The translations under genes were made by a program, and so were the position numbers. From Paecilomyces variotii (lineage: Eukaryota), in NCBI GenBank assembly GCA_004022145.1, contig RCNU01000009.1: a stretch of DNA of 64,000 nucleotides; one strand, given 5' to 3'. Under the pieces are notes generated by a model, which saw only the letters and a list, made by a program, of their open reading frames with translations, did not search any database and was not told the origin of the DNA. Below, piece by piece: positions 1 through 13,458 of this stretch; the first letter of the stretch is position 1; every line of letters starts with the position of its first letter.

Positions 1-290
1 CGGAGCTGAAGAGGCGTGTGCGGGCGGGGGGGATGGGGATGATGCTGGAGGAAGAATCGAAGCAGAGCAGCGAACATACCCGAGAGTTGAACGGACGATC
101 CGAGGGAGCCGGTCGTAGCGCTCAATGGCCTGACAAAGGATCAGGAGGACACGCTGCTCGTCTTCCAGGTCGATAGAGCTGGCTGTCGACCGGATCGGAC
201 GCAGAACCTGAGCAGGACAGACGACAATGACAGAGGAAGAAGATGGGAGAGCAGTGGAAAGGGGGAAAAGAAGAGGCGAGAGTTCGATCT
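1..290 (-). other. Probable non-coding first exon and start of a 5'-UTR intron of a gene lying left of the window
   Basis: On the minus strand a pyrimidine-rich leader runs into a canonical donor GTATGT at 79-74, with no ATG-initiated ORF. Inference only. Confidence 0.35.
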
Positions 291-298
291 CAGTAATG

Positions 299-326
299 AT
301 TATTATTATTATTATTATTATTATTA
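299..326. repeat. (ATT)n microsatellite
   Basis: About 9 tandem ATT units read directly. Confidence 0.9.
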
Positions 327-1698
327 CTGACTGACGGCGAGCAGGCTGGGGATGTTACGATACGGTCCCGATACACCGTCAACACCGCCAGAGGGTCTTT
401 TGTGGCCGGCGCGAATCTTACGCCGCCGTCAGGCCACTGAAATCCCCCCTGGGAGATGAAGAAAGGGGCAAAGCGTTGGCCAGAGAGGGAAAAGGAAGAA
501 AAAAATTAAAAAGAGCGCCCGGTCGGATCAGCAACCGCCTGCTCCACTGCGCCGTCTCAAGTTCTTTGGTTTTTGTGTCGGTGAATCGATCGTGGATCGG
601 TCGTCTGCAGATCGTTACACTGCTGCTTGTTTCTCCTCGATAGACAGGAGGATGTATTGGTATTATTAACTTATGATATTATTCTGGCGGCTGCTCGAGG
701 TGTGATGGTGACTTCATCGATCGTGTACCTGAGAGAAAGAGAGGCACGCCGCAATGAGCATAGCTGACTATGAAGATCCCGTTTCCATCCATCCATGAGA
801 ACTGCTGTCCGATGCCCAAAGCCGTTAGATAGATGGTAGCTATATCGAGAAAAGCACGAGCGGGTCTAGGTATCCCAAAAGGACACGGTTCCCAGTGTCC
901 GGGTCATAGCGAGCGGATACTCATGGTGGAGAGTTCTCGATACATGGTACGGAGTAAATTGCTCATTATTATCCTGCCGCCAACACGGTGCCATGGATGC
1001 AAAGGCAAGTTCCATTCGAACCTCTCTGATATTTGGTAATGCTCTTTACGGTCTTCCAGATGACGAAAGTACCCTGTTGAAGTGGAGTGCAATTTCTTTC
1101 CGATAATTATGGACAGACTGGGCATCTGCTGGAAGAAGTTAGTTATATATGCCTGGGGCCTTCAAAATGGTACTTGTGCCATCTCCTTGGGATGCGACGT
1201 GTCATCTTGATTCACACCATTATTGATTTGACATAGTTAGTATTATACGTCGTACAGGACACAATCGACTGCTGTCTGCAAACAATCCCATAGTTAGAAT
1301 ATGCTCTACGCGTCCTTAAACCCGGATGGTCAGTCCATGTGTTCTCACGTACGACACCACGAAAAAGAAAAGAAAAAAGAACAAAATAAGGAGACATCAG
1401 TATTATTATTATCCTAAAGCGATAATTAATATTAATACATATCGTTGGCATGGACTATCCGATTCTACCCGCTTTGTGGAACAGTTTGTTGGGAACAACG
1501 GCTCTTTTGCCTCGGGATTATTGTGTCGCAAATCGATTATCGATAACGAGATAACTTCAGTGTCCCACTTCGCTCCAAGACTCCAAAATCCGGGGTTATT
1601 GTCCAGTCCGGGAGGAACTCAATTGAGTCGTTGCACGGAATAATTATTCAATCTACATCAGGGAAAACCGCACTGATTGGATTCAATTGCTCTCCAGA

Positions 1699-3913
1699 AT
1701 GGCTTCTACAAATGGGGAAGATAGCTCGCCCGCAAAGGAGCTGTGGCGCCCCTCGTCTCCAGAGAAAACGAAGATATACGAATTCAAGGAACTCGTCAGT
1801 AAGAAGCACAACATCCCCCTCAGGGACTACAATGATCTCTGGCAGTGGAGTGTGACGGAACCTGCCAAATTCTGGGAAGAGATCTGGCATTACACTGCGA
1901 TCAAGGCTCATCAACCGTATACCAAAGTAAGCAGCTCAGCCGCTCAGCACTTGTTATTCTTGCTATTGATGATTGGGGTTATCTTTTGCTCCCACATTTT
2001 CTACCTGATTCTCATATTCGCGGTCACCAATGACGGAGATAGAATACATCTGACTCTGACAGGTCCTAGAATCCGATGTGCCTCTCTTCCCCCGACCGCG
2101 TTTCTTCGAGGGTAGCCGTCTCAACTTTGCGGAGAACTTGCTCTACCCCGCGACCAACCCCCGCGAAGAGGATATTGCCATTATTGGCGCCACGGAGACC
2201 ATCCGTGAATACGTCTCATGGAAGGAATTGCGCGAACGAGTGCGACAATGTGCAAATGGCCTGAGGGAAGCAGGTGTGCAGATCGGAGACCGGGTGGCAG
2301 GCATTCTGGGCAACAATATCAACACGGTCGTTGCGATGCTGGCCACCACCGCTATCGGTGCATACTGGACGGCGGTATCTCCAGACACGGGCGTCCACGC
2401 CGTGCTGGAACGTCTGAGGCAGATCGAGCCGAAGATCCTGTTCGCGGATAATGCGTCCACGTATAACGAGAAAGTGCACGACACTCACGGCAAGGTCAAA
2501 GAGGTGGTCGAGCAGTTGCCCTCCCTCGAGCTGGTGATCATCTTTGAAGCTGTCAAGGGACACACCTTTGACTTGACCTCGATAAAGCCGCAGGCGGGCC
2601 GCGTGAGCGCTTATAATGATCTCTTGTCCACGATACGGGAGCCGACAGCTCCTCTCCGCTTCGAGTCTCTGGATCCCGAGCATCCTGTTTACATACTGTA
2701 CTCGTCCGGTACAACAGGCGCCCCCAAGCCGATTGTGCATGGCGCGCTGGGGACACTCCTGCAACATAAAAAGGAACATGTCCTACACAGCGATATCCGT
2801 CCAGGGGACCGCCTGTTCTACTACACCACCACAACGTGGATGATGTGGCACTGGCTTGTCTCGGCCCTGGCAAGTGGTGCTACAATCATCGTCTATGACG
2901 GCTCCCCCTTCCGGCCCTTGGACCCCGAAGGTGGTAAGGGCGAAATGGCCATGCCCCGAATCATCGATGAACTTGAGATCACGCATTTCGGCACGTCTGC
3001 CAAGTACCTATCCATGCTGGAACAGGCATCGTTGAACCCAAGACAGCATCCCCATCGTCCAGCATCTCTGAGAACACTACGGGCGATTTTCAGCACTGCC
3101 TCTCCATTGGCACCTTCAACCTTTGAGTACGTCTATTCCTCTTTCCACCCCGACATCATGCTGGGTTCCATCACCGGCGGCACGGATATTCTTTCATTAT
3201 TCGGAGCCAGCTGTCCCATCCTGCCCGTCCACAAGGGCGAGATCCAATGTCGAGGCCTAGGAATGGCCGTCTCCATAGTCGACTATGCCGGCAATGACAT
3301 CAGCTCCACCAACGAACCTGGCGATCTGGTTTGCACGAAACCATTCCCCGTCCAGCCTGTCATGTTCTGGCCGCCTGGCCCCATTGGCAGCGACAAATAC
3401 CGAAAAAGCTACTTTGACGCCTTCGGTCCATCCATATGGCACCACGGTGACTTTGCCCGATTAAACCCCCACACCGGCGGATTGGTGATGCTCGGCCGAA
3501 GCGACGGCGTTCTCAAACCAGCCGGAGTCCGATTCGGAAGCGCAGAAATCTACAACGTCATTCTAAAGCATTTCGCAGACGAAGTCGAAGACTCCCTCTG
3601 CATCGGACGCAGAAGAGAAGGCATCGATACAGACGAGACAGTCGTCCTCTTCGTGAAGTTGACTTCACCATCCACTCCAATCTCTCAAGACCTAGTAGCG
3701 CGCATCCAAGGAGCCATCCGCAAGGAACTCAGTCCACGCCACGTCCCCGGCATCGTGGATGCCTGTCCAGAGATCCCCGTTACGTCGAATGGAAAGAAAG
3801 TTGAAAATGCAGTAAAGCAGATTCTTTGTGGGTTGAATATCAAGACTGGTGCAAGTGTCGCTAATGCTTCTTGTCTTGACTGGTACCGAGACTGGGCTGC
3901 AAAACATCCTTAG
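1699..3913 (+). CDS. Acetoacetyl-CoA synthetase (AMP-binding/ANL family), 2 exons: 1699-1926, 2063-3913
   Basis: Exon 1 MASTNGEDSSPAKELWRP...LWQWSV...FWEEIW; intron GTAAGC..CTGACAG; exon 2 has FFEGSRLNFAENLL, the AMP-binding signature ILYSSGTTGAPK, TTTTWMMWHWLV, GRSDGVLKPAGVRFGSAEIY and NGKKVE, typical of acetoacetate-CoA ligases. Confidence 0.93.
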
Positions 3914-4802
3914 ATAGAGTATCGGTCGGTCCTTTGGTATCGTTCTAGCTCTTTCGTTTTAAAAACAGAACTCTAGATAAATAGAGAGTACATATAGATG
4001 GAGGGAACTCGCTTCTTTCCTTTTAAACAAAAACAAAGAAACAAAGAAAAAAAAAGACAGGCAAATCAACTATTATATATATCCAACTCTACCATACAAA
4101 AAGCAAAGTCCCCTCAGATAGACCCCAACTTTCGATCCACTATACTCTAGAAGTATCAGCAATCTATAGTTATATATACAATACCCACTCCACTACGTAG
4201 TGAGTCGTACGTAACATTCCAATCTCCAAAAAAATACAGCTTAAAATTACCTCATATCCATTAAACAAACCAAAACCTTATCGAACTACTCTGGACTCAC
4301 TTGAAAGCCTCAACCCAACAAGAAAAAAAAAAAAAAAAAGCCCCCAATAACATCGGAACCTTCCATACCATTCCTCATTTACTCATATTCATTCTGATAC
4401 TCAGAAGACAACCGGTATGGCATGAAATCTATGGAATTGACGTCCGGTTGATATGATATGATATAATATGCGCGGAAAGACATTGGTGGATTTGAGATAC
4501 CGAATAGCCACTACAACCAACAAGTGGCTGAGGGGCGATTTTTTTTTTTGATAATGAAGATATGATGAGATGGGGATCCTGAGTATATTCCTTAATATTT
4601 CTTTTTTTCCTTTTTTTGTTATCTTCCAGCTTTGAACTAACTGACGAGGTAATAGGATTCTATATCTCCGCTTGCCACCAGGATAATAGTTATAGGAGCT
4701 AGATTTATGGTTTATGGTCTTTTTCTGGCAATACTAGCTGCTAGAATTTCTCTTTATTCGCCCTCTTACAAACAAAATTGAAGAGCTACAATCAATAGAA
4801 CC

Positions 4803-6387
4803 ATGTCCAACAAGTACATGCGCGCTACCGTCTGGGAAGGGAAACCCTACCATATGACAGTGAAAGATTGGCCGATGCCGATAATTCGAGATGCTCGAGA
4901 CGTCATCGTTCGACTTACCACTGCTGCGATCTGCGGGTCGGATTTGCATGATTATCACGGTATGTATATTACTCTATATAATCTAGTCAAGTCTGATCTG
5001 GATTGGAAGACGCTGGTCGGAGCACGGTAGGCAGGGCGCGGAGCTGATGCGAGATTTAATTAATTAGGTCGTCTTGGTAGTAAGAATCCCCCGTGGGTGA
5101 TGGGTCATGAGGGAGTGGGGATCGTCACGGAACTTGGTGATGCGGTCTCTTCGCTGAAGAAGGGGGATCGTGTTATCGTCTCGTATGTATCATGGAGTCG
5201 TGAGTTGAAAGGGGTTGATGAGTTGAAATTGTGGTATAGTGCTGATGTATGTTACAAGGGCGGCTCCGGCTTGCGGCTTCTGTAACAATTGCGTGATGAA
5301 CAACTTTTCTTACTGTCTGAATGTCAATCCTCCGTCTGAGGGAGGTCTGTTTGGGGAGGGCGCTGATTTCGGTAACGTCCATGGCCATTTTGGAGGCACT
5401 CAAGGTCCGTGGAACATATCTCATCAGATCAGGAGAGCGACAATCGCTAACAGTGTCTCGCCAGCGGAATATATACGAGTACCATTTGCAGATGAAAGCT
5501 GCATCCTCCTTCCGCATGGGAAGGATAAGGAGGCTGACTTTGTGATGGTCAGTGACATCTTCTGTACAGCGTGAGTAAGCTAGTCTCCTTCCTCTGGAAA
5601 CTCAAACTGAGTATCTCTCAGCTGGTGGGGTCTCGGCTCCTCTGGTTTCCGGGCTGGTGAATCGGTTGCCATCTTTGGTGCTGGTCCAGTTGGTTTGCTG
5701 GCGGCACACAGCGCTGTTCTACAGGGTGCTCGCGTGGTTTATAGTATCGACCATGTGGATGCTCGTCTTGCGAAAGCTGGATCCATCGGCGCTGTTCCCA
5801 TCAACTTCACCAAGACCGACCCAATCGCGGAGATCATGAAACGTGAGCCCCGAGGCACGGACCGTAGCTTAGACTGCGTTGGATTCGAATGCTTGAACGC
5901 TGAACTCAAGGCTGCCCCCGGCTATGTCATCTCACAGTGTATCTCCGCGACTGCTCCCGGCGGTGGCATCGGCATCGTAGGTATCTATTGGCCCTCAACC
6001 GGTCCAACTGCTGGGGCACCGTACTCGGATCCAGCCCTGAACACATTCACTGTTCCTGTTGGAGAACTCTGGATGAAAGGTCTCACCGTTGGCACTGGAA
6101 TTGCCGAGATTAGAAGATTCCAAACTCTTCTCAGAGACCTGATTGCAAGCGGCACTGCAAATCCGGCGTTCATTGTCACCAAGGAGATAGACATTGAAGG
6201 AGTCCCTGATGCATACCGGGAGTTTTCTGCACACAGGCAGACAAAGATCCTGATTCGATTCCGTTGGAATGATTCTGAGAAGGAGGCGCCAAAAAGTACG
6301 ACTGAAGAGCGTGCTCACCGACCAAATATTCCCGATGGAGACGTCCCCGAAGATTCTTCGGAGACGTATCGGGGTAACATCCATTGA
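4803..6387 (+). CDS. Zn-dependent medium-chain alcohol dehydrogenase, glutathione-independent formaldehyde dehydrogenase-like, 5 exons
   Basis: Spliced product has AICGSDLH (catalytic Zn), MGHEGVG, CGFCNNC...C (structural Zn), GGTQAEYIRVPFAD, SDIFCTA and FGAGPVG (NAD binding). Four GT..AG introns (first 4960-5067) join the ORF pieces in frame. Confidence 0.88.
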
Positions 6388-6784
6388 GAAGTATGGGGGA
6401 ACGTTTTCTCTCCATAGGCTGCATCGTGCATTGTATCCCAGGCATGAGCTGCTGACGTTATCCAGTGTCAATAGTTATCTTGTTTTGAGAAAATCAGGGC
6501 TTGCAGTCCGGTCTAGGCCCCTTTGCAAGTCGAGCAAGCGCAATTGCGTAGTATACTAGACAATCCGAATATCTTCTATTTCCAATCGTCCTCGTTTTTG
6601 TAATGTAGATCGTCTGGACCTTGACTGGCGATCTGATTAGATAAGCCGCGTATGTCGGGCCCAAAATTCGCCGCTCCGGCCAGCAAGAAAGCCTTCCTGG
6701 TTTTTACAAACATCACGGAGATCACGATAAGAGGAGAAACGGAGAGGTCTGCGGAACTCCGTTTCTATATTCACAATCACTACA

Positions 6785-8591
6785 ATGCGTCGCTCAGCGC
6801 TGCGAGCCGTCGAGTCGGCCAAGCCCCTCGCTCGAACTGCTCCTCGTACAGCTTCAAGGACCTTCGCTACTACTGTCGGAGAGCCGAAGGTCAAGGTACG
6901 TAATGATCTGGATCGCCCGTCTCCTACATCTTCTAACTTGATTTACTGTGTAGGACCCTGCAGAGCTTGACCAGATTACAACACTGCCAAATGGAGTCCG
7001 TGTGGCCACCGAATCTCTACCGGGCCCCTTCTCCGGCGTCGGTGTATATGTCGATGCTGGATCTCGGTATGAGGATGACAGTCTTCGGGGCGTGAGCCAT
7101 ATCATGGACCGCCTGGCCTTCAAATCGACCAAGTCACGGTCAGGGGATGAGATGCTTGAGGCATTGGAGGCACTTGGAGGAAACATCCAATGTGCATCGT
7201 CCCGCGAGTCCTTGATGTACCAGTCCGCGAGTTTCAATTCCGCCGTCCCAACAACACTTGGTCTCCTAGCGGAAACGATCCGTGAACCACTGATCACGGA
7301 TGAAGAAGTCGATCAGCAGCTTGCGACTGCGGAGTATGAGATCGGAGAGATCTGGTCGAAGCCGGAGCTCATCCTCCCTGAGCTTGTTCACATGGCTGCG
7401 TACAAGAATAACACTCTCGGAAACCCACTGCTATGTCCGGAGGAGAGGTTAGGAGAGATCAACAAGGCTGTTGTTGAGAAGTATCGCAAGACTTTCTTCA
7501 ACCCAGATAGGATGGTTGTTGCCTTTGCCGGTGTTCCCCACGAGGAGGCCGTAAAGCTCACCGAGAAGTTCTTCGGAGATATGAAGAAGAGTGAAGGCCC
7601 TGTTCTCTCTGGGGTCGGAATTGAGACCTCCCTTTCAGATTCCGAATCAGTCAAGCAGGAGCGTCAGGTGCCTACTGTCCCTCAGTTCAGTCCGACCTCG
7701 ACAACCTCCAACACCGCGCATCTTTCGTCGCAGTCGAATATCCTTTCGAAGATTCCTTTCCTCAAAAAGTTCTCTACACCTCACAATGAAACAACGGTCT
7801 CGCCGATTGACTCCAGTCTCATTCAGTCATCGACGTTGGACCTCAACCGCCCTGCCCATTATACCGGCGGCTTCCTCTCGCTCCCTCCTATTCCGCCTCC
7901 CGCAAATCCTATGCTGCCCCGTCTGAGTCACATCCACCTCGCCTTTGAGGCCCTTCCCATCTCCTCTCCTGACATTTATGCACTCGCGACCCTGCAGACC
8001 CTTCTGGGAGGTGGCGGATCTTTCTCTGCCGGCGGTCCCGGAAAGGGCATGTACTCCCGTCTCTACACCAACGTGCTGAACCAGCACGGATGGGTTGAAA
8101 GCTGCATTGCCTTCAACCACAGCTACACTGACAGCGGTCTCTTTGGTATCTCTGCGTCGTGCAGTCCCACGCGAACTGCTCAGATGCTCGAGGTTATGTG
8201 CCGGGAGCTGCAGGCCCTGACCTCTGACACCGGCTACTCCGCTCTGCAGCCGCAGGAGGTCAACCGTGCTAAGAACCAGCTCCGTTCTTCTCTCCTGATG
8301 AATCTGGAGTCGCGCATGGTTGAGCTCGAGGACCTCGGCCGACAGGTCCAGGTCCACGGCCGCAAAGTTCCGGTCAAGGAGATGTGCGAGAAGATCGAGT
8401 CACTGACCGTCGAGGACCTGCGACGGGTGGCCAAGCAGGTCTTTGGCGGCCACGTCAACAACCGGGGACAGGGCACAGGCAAGCCAACGGTCGTGCTTCA
8501 GGAAGGAGAGTTGGAAGGCTACAAGCTGCGACCGTTCCCTTGGGAAGAGATCCAGGAGCGGATTTCCCGATGGAAGCTGGGGAGGCTGTAG
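6785..8591 (+). CDS. MAS2: Mitochondrial processing peptidase alpha subunit (M16 family), exons 6785-6895 and 6954-8591
   Basis: Arg/Ala-rich presequence; QITTLPNGVRVATE; GSRYE; HIMDRLAFKST (inactive HxxEH variant); glycine-rich loop LGGGGSFSAGGPGKGMYSRLY. Confidence 0.96.
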
Positions 8592-9322
8592 ATAGTTATA
8601 GTTCCCCGGCGGCCATGTAGCACTATTACATCACTGTTGATTAATGTACAATATAGATCTTTTCTTTTTTATGTGCATTTTCCCTTCAGCGGTCCACGGT
8701 GATCTGGATAAGACACGGCATGTGAAGTGATGATACTCATGGTGACGATTACCACCAGTACTAGAGTATATAGATAATAATGAATTCTCACCTCATTTGA
8801 GACTGAATGTTATGCGTTCTCGTCTTATTTTCGCGCCAGTCCATAGAGAACGACGGGTGTGATCGATCTGCTTTCTAGGGAGGCTACGGATATACGGATT
8901 TCACGGTCGCGTATGAAAGTGGCCATTGTAAGTATGTAGATTGTCCTCACGGAAAGACCATGCCACGAGATTCGAAACCACACTTGGGATTGCAGGAAGA
9001 CAACAAGTAATAATATGTAAAACATAAGTTGCAGTCAATGATCACCCATAAGAAGTGCTGTAAAGAGAACGTCGTCATCGGGCCGGTGTCCAAGCTCCTT
9101 GCCGCTTCTGGGACGGAAAAAGTTGGACTGAACCTTCGACCGCCCAAAAGTTAAGTCGTCCATCGCTCATCCGGCAATCCAACACTCGACAACTTCAACA
9201 CCTCCCCCAGAACATTCACAGTTCACGGTGTAGATTGTTGACGGTTTCTTTTCTTATAAACGCTTTATTTCTTCTTTCTGGAATACCCTTTTTATTCAAT
9301 TTTTTAATACACCACCGCCACA

Positions 9323-10214
9323 ATGGTCAAGCTCACCGAGGTCGAGGACGAACACTTCAAGGAGAAGCCCGCCCCTTCCAAGAACGACGTGCTCCTTGCG
9401 TCTGACGATGAGGAGGATGACTTTACCGACACTGGTGAGTATTGAATGAATCCTTCCATCATCGCGACGGTTTGAGGTTCGGGGTTCTTTTCGCGGAAGC
9501 GCCAGCTGCCACGGGCGCTCGCACGCGGTCAGATTCTGCATCAGTTGAATGCCCTACTTTCAATCATGCCAACGGCCTTCTCAATTGTGTCCAAGTGCCA
9601 TGAGCCGGTCGCAGGGGCATTCCGGATCAGATCGCTCTGCAAATTGGCCCGATAACAAAAGTTGACACTTTCTTCTTTCCCAACCACCAGAGTCCGAAAT
9701 CTCGACCGACTCCGCCCTTGAAATCGAGAACGAGACCCTATACGAGCGTATCTACGCTCTGAAGGACATCATTCCTCCGGCTCATCGCCGCCGTTTCTTC
9801 AACACTGTCGACTCGGTCACATCCTTCACAAAGTCCAGTCTGTTGTTCAGCGGTCGGGCATTGTGGATCATAAGCACCAGTGCCTTCCTGCTTGGTGTTC
9901 CGTGGGCGCTGGCCTACGCCGAGGAGGAGCAGTATGTCCAGATGGAGCGCGAGCAGGGTATGATCCGGGGTGCTAATGAGGTTCGTTGACACTTTCATCC
10001 CGTTTATCGTTATTTGTCATCCCAGTAATTATGGCCTTCACGTCCGCATCAAGAGATAAGGTCCCTACCTGCAGAGACCGAGTAAAGACAAAGGAGATGC
10101 CACTTTTACAAAAAAAAAAATGGAAATAGGGAAGCTAACATCATTACTCTTACGCAGATGCTCGCCCCCGGCGTCCCCGGTACTGAGGAGCAGAAGAGCC
10201 AGCCCACTCTGTAA
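9323..10214 (+). CDS. TOM22: Mitochondrial import receptor Tom22, exons 9323-9434, 9691-9980, 10158-10214
   Basis: Not in the ORF track; reconstructed by splicing: MVKLTEVEDEHF...DDEEDDFTDT/ESEIS...ETLYERIYALKDIIPP...LWIISTSAFLLGVPWALA...EEQYVQME...GANE/MLAPG...PTL*. Acidic N-terminus and one TM segment with the conserved Pro. Confidence 0.93.
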
Positions 10215-11058
10215 ATCAACCCATTTAACGCAAGGAAGCACAGGACTGTGGAGGGATCTGAATAAATCTATTTTTGCTGATAGATTGGACGACTGCGTCT
10301 CTGACACCGGTCATGATGTAAATCTGTCTGACGACCTTCAAGAAGACCCGAGGCAAGGGAGGTGTACAAATCGTGCTTCTAGCGATGCCTGCGGAAATTG
10401 TTTTCATGAGGTCAAAGACGGTGCATTGCTTGATTCGACGAGGTCATGGATGTCAAGTCTCCCGAGGTGGAGAATACAGAATCACCATGGATGAGACTGA
10501 TTCCGGCTAGTGATTCTTCTCACAATCTCTGACTCCCTCTGCGTCTGTTCTTCCGTCATTTTTATCCTCTCTCTCCCACTCACTCATCCTGCGGATCTCA
10601 CGCACACGTGTGATCCGTCATGTACTTGTACTACGATTCTTTATAAACTCTGTGATTTATACACGTCATGGGATGTCCAAATGGATTTGGTTTAAGAACT
10701 TTCAATGCTCCTTCATTATGTCATGAACGTTCAACTTAGGAAAATAGACAACCGATATATCATATCCAGTACCATCTGTAAGAACTACCAGGCGTGTCAA
10801 TATGATGATGACCCTCTCGTGATCACATTTGATGTATGTGCTAGTTAGAAAAAGGGGGATACAAGAAATGTTAATTAGGGGTATCTCTGAAGGAAAGCTT
10901 CTCCAATGAAACAACAGATGGAGAACAAGTCACCAGCGGGCCAGAGGAAATAAAAATATGTCAACGCTTTTGGAAGCAATATGTCCACTGAAAAGAAAAA
11001 GAATATTCAAAGGTCATACATGATCATGTATGGAATCTTTCTTCAGGACGAGGTTCGA

Positions 11059-13458
11059 TTACCACCGACTCTCCTAGTGATATATCTTGTCAGTGATACA
11101 CATCAAAAGAAAGAAAGAAAGAAAGAAGAAGAAGAAGAAAAAAAAAAGAGCTAGGTCCATACCGTAGTCTCCCTGGCAGCTGTCAAGTTGATATGGAAGT
11201 CACGCCAGAGTCTCTTAACTTCGCCAGTCTCGACCATGTTGTCGACGACCTCGTTGGCGTACTTGGTCTGTCGTTTCACGCTCCAGTGGCTGCGTTCGAT
11301 GATCTTTTCGTCGCTGAAAACGCCCTGGTGCTCAAGATAGCCGATGACCCATTCGCTGAGGTGGAAGCGCCAGTGGACGAGGGTGTGTGCCATTGTGGCG
11401 CGGGATTTGCAGTGTCTGGGAAGATGTCAGCTTGGATAAATCTGGGGATCTCTTTTTTTCTCTTCAAGAGCAGAGACATGGGTTTACGGGGGGCATTGTC
11501 GAGATTACCAACCTTCCCAAGTAGAATCGTCTGTCTTCGTCTGGGAGAGGATTGCCATCCTTATCCTTGTCTCTGGTGTCGTGAGACTCTTCGGATTGTT
11601 CATCACTGTCTTCGTCGTCTGAGAGCGGTTCGAGAGTCTCGAGAGAATAAGGCTTCCCGTACAGTTTGACATCAAAGGACGCAGGGTGACCAGATCTATT
11701 GCAAGCATCGCAAGGATGACCTTCCGTTATAGGGAAGAGAGTCACCTCTATTTGCGGCCGTGCCATTAAGGCTCTACGGAAGTCGGAGTTCCATACCGTA
11801 GAGACGAGTTGAGATCCAGCGCGACCTTTGACCTCATCCTCCAACTTCATGAAAGCAACCTGGTAGACGGGATCATTGCGAGGGAAGGCGGGATTGAGCT
11901 TATTGTGCACCATCCATTCCACGACGTCTCTGAAGAACTCCTTGGGCTTTTTGTAGCTGTGTCGTGTGAATTCAAACGGCATATCGGCAAGATCGGTGGG
12001 AGCGCCCAGTTCACCCTCGTCGTCCTGGAGCACAAAATCGTCCTCATACCGGTCCAGATCTTCGTTTTCAGATACTGGTGGTTCAACATCGGTGTCCTGG
12101 CTATCTTCTGACCCGGACTCGTCCTCAAGCTCCTCGACCGATTCGCTCTGTTCACCTTCACCATCAGACTCGTTGTCTGAATGCTGAGATTCCGAAACGC
12201 TTATTGCTTTCTCGCCGGCACGCCTTCGACGGAGCAGCTCTAGCTGCTTCTGTCTTGTAAGGCGCGCAGAATCAGCTGGCCGACCACGAGTGCGCGTCTT
12301 CTTGACAGCTGCATCAGAATGTCAGCATCATATGCCACTTTAGAGACCGGGGAAATAGTATTACCTGAGTCCTTCAGATCCTCGAGATCCTCTTCCAGAT
12401 CGAGCCGATCCTGGTCCGAAGTTTGGCGAGGTGTCCGAAGAGCTTCTGGTCCATTGTCCAATCTCCTTCTCTTCGCAGGGGAAGACAATATTACATCGTC
12501 CGAATCATCCGAATCATCAACAGGAAACGCAGTACTCGGTGCTGCTCCGCGTTTCAAACGTCGAGTGGTCGAATGAGCGACCACCTCTTCCTCATCGCTT
12601 GCCCCTGAGGAGTTCTGTTCCAAAGGCTGCCGAGTCGATGGTCGTGTACGGGACAAACGCCCAGTCAGCACCGGGGACTCAGAATCATCTTCAGACTCCG
12701 TAGCGGTATATTTCCTTTTCAGCGGCGTCCTCATTTCTGCATTTGACCCCTCATTGCGTGAAGTTTTGCCCGAACGAAGCTTCCTACTGCTGCTCGAAGA
12801 AGCCTTCTCACTAGATTCTTTCCCTTCGTGAGACTTCCTCGTTGTTGGAACAGGCGTAGCAGATCCGTCAGAATCACTTTCACTATCCTCCTCAAGAACG
12901 ACCACTCCAGACTGTCCCCGTCGTCTGCGAGCAGAAGCTTGTACAATTTCATCATCTTCATCCGACGATGCTGATAACCGTGACTGTGACTGTCGAACCG
13001 AAGACTCCTTCCTCTCATCATCGCTCGATTCTTCTTCCTTCATTTGCCCTCAACCCCACAATGTTAGTTACGATCATTCAGTTCTCTTCTTCCTTTCTCT
13101 TCCAACCAACCAATCAACCGAACCCAGAATAGATGTATCTCTCACCTTCATCTCCCTTTCCCTTCACTTTATATTTAGACCCCTTCTTCTTGTTCTTCCT
13201 ATCCTTCTTCTTCTTCTTAACCGGAGTACTCATACTCGAAACCTCAACACTACCCGCTGCTCCATCATTGCGACTAAAAGCCGGATAGTCATCGATTCGT
13301 AACCGACCACGCGAAAGTGTGACCTTGGACGGATGCTCATATCGAACTTTAGCCACGCGGTCAGAGCCAGGACTGCGCTCAGCCCCCGGGGAGGCTGAGC
13401 TTGCCACGGGCGTGAAGGATAGACGCGTCTGCTTGACTTTGCCGTATGTGCGGGGCAT
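11059..13458 (-). CDS. DUF4211/CCDC82-like protein with a long acidic/basic disordered N-terminus, about 5 exons
   Basis: ORF pieces 13458-13146, 13048-12364, ~12304-11513, ~11415-11162 and 11073-11059 join through GT..AG introns (the first apparently uses a GAG acceptor). C-terminal domain: FRDVVEWMVHNKLNP...CDACNRSGHP...FYLGRHC...HTLVHWRFHL. Confidence 0.75.

Noticed and set aside
9981-10030. Possible stwintron in TOM22 intron 2 (G|GTTCGT...CAG|TAATT)
   Set aside because: No internal branch point, and the two-step product would be out of frame.
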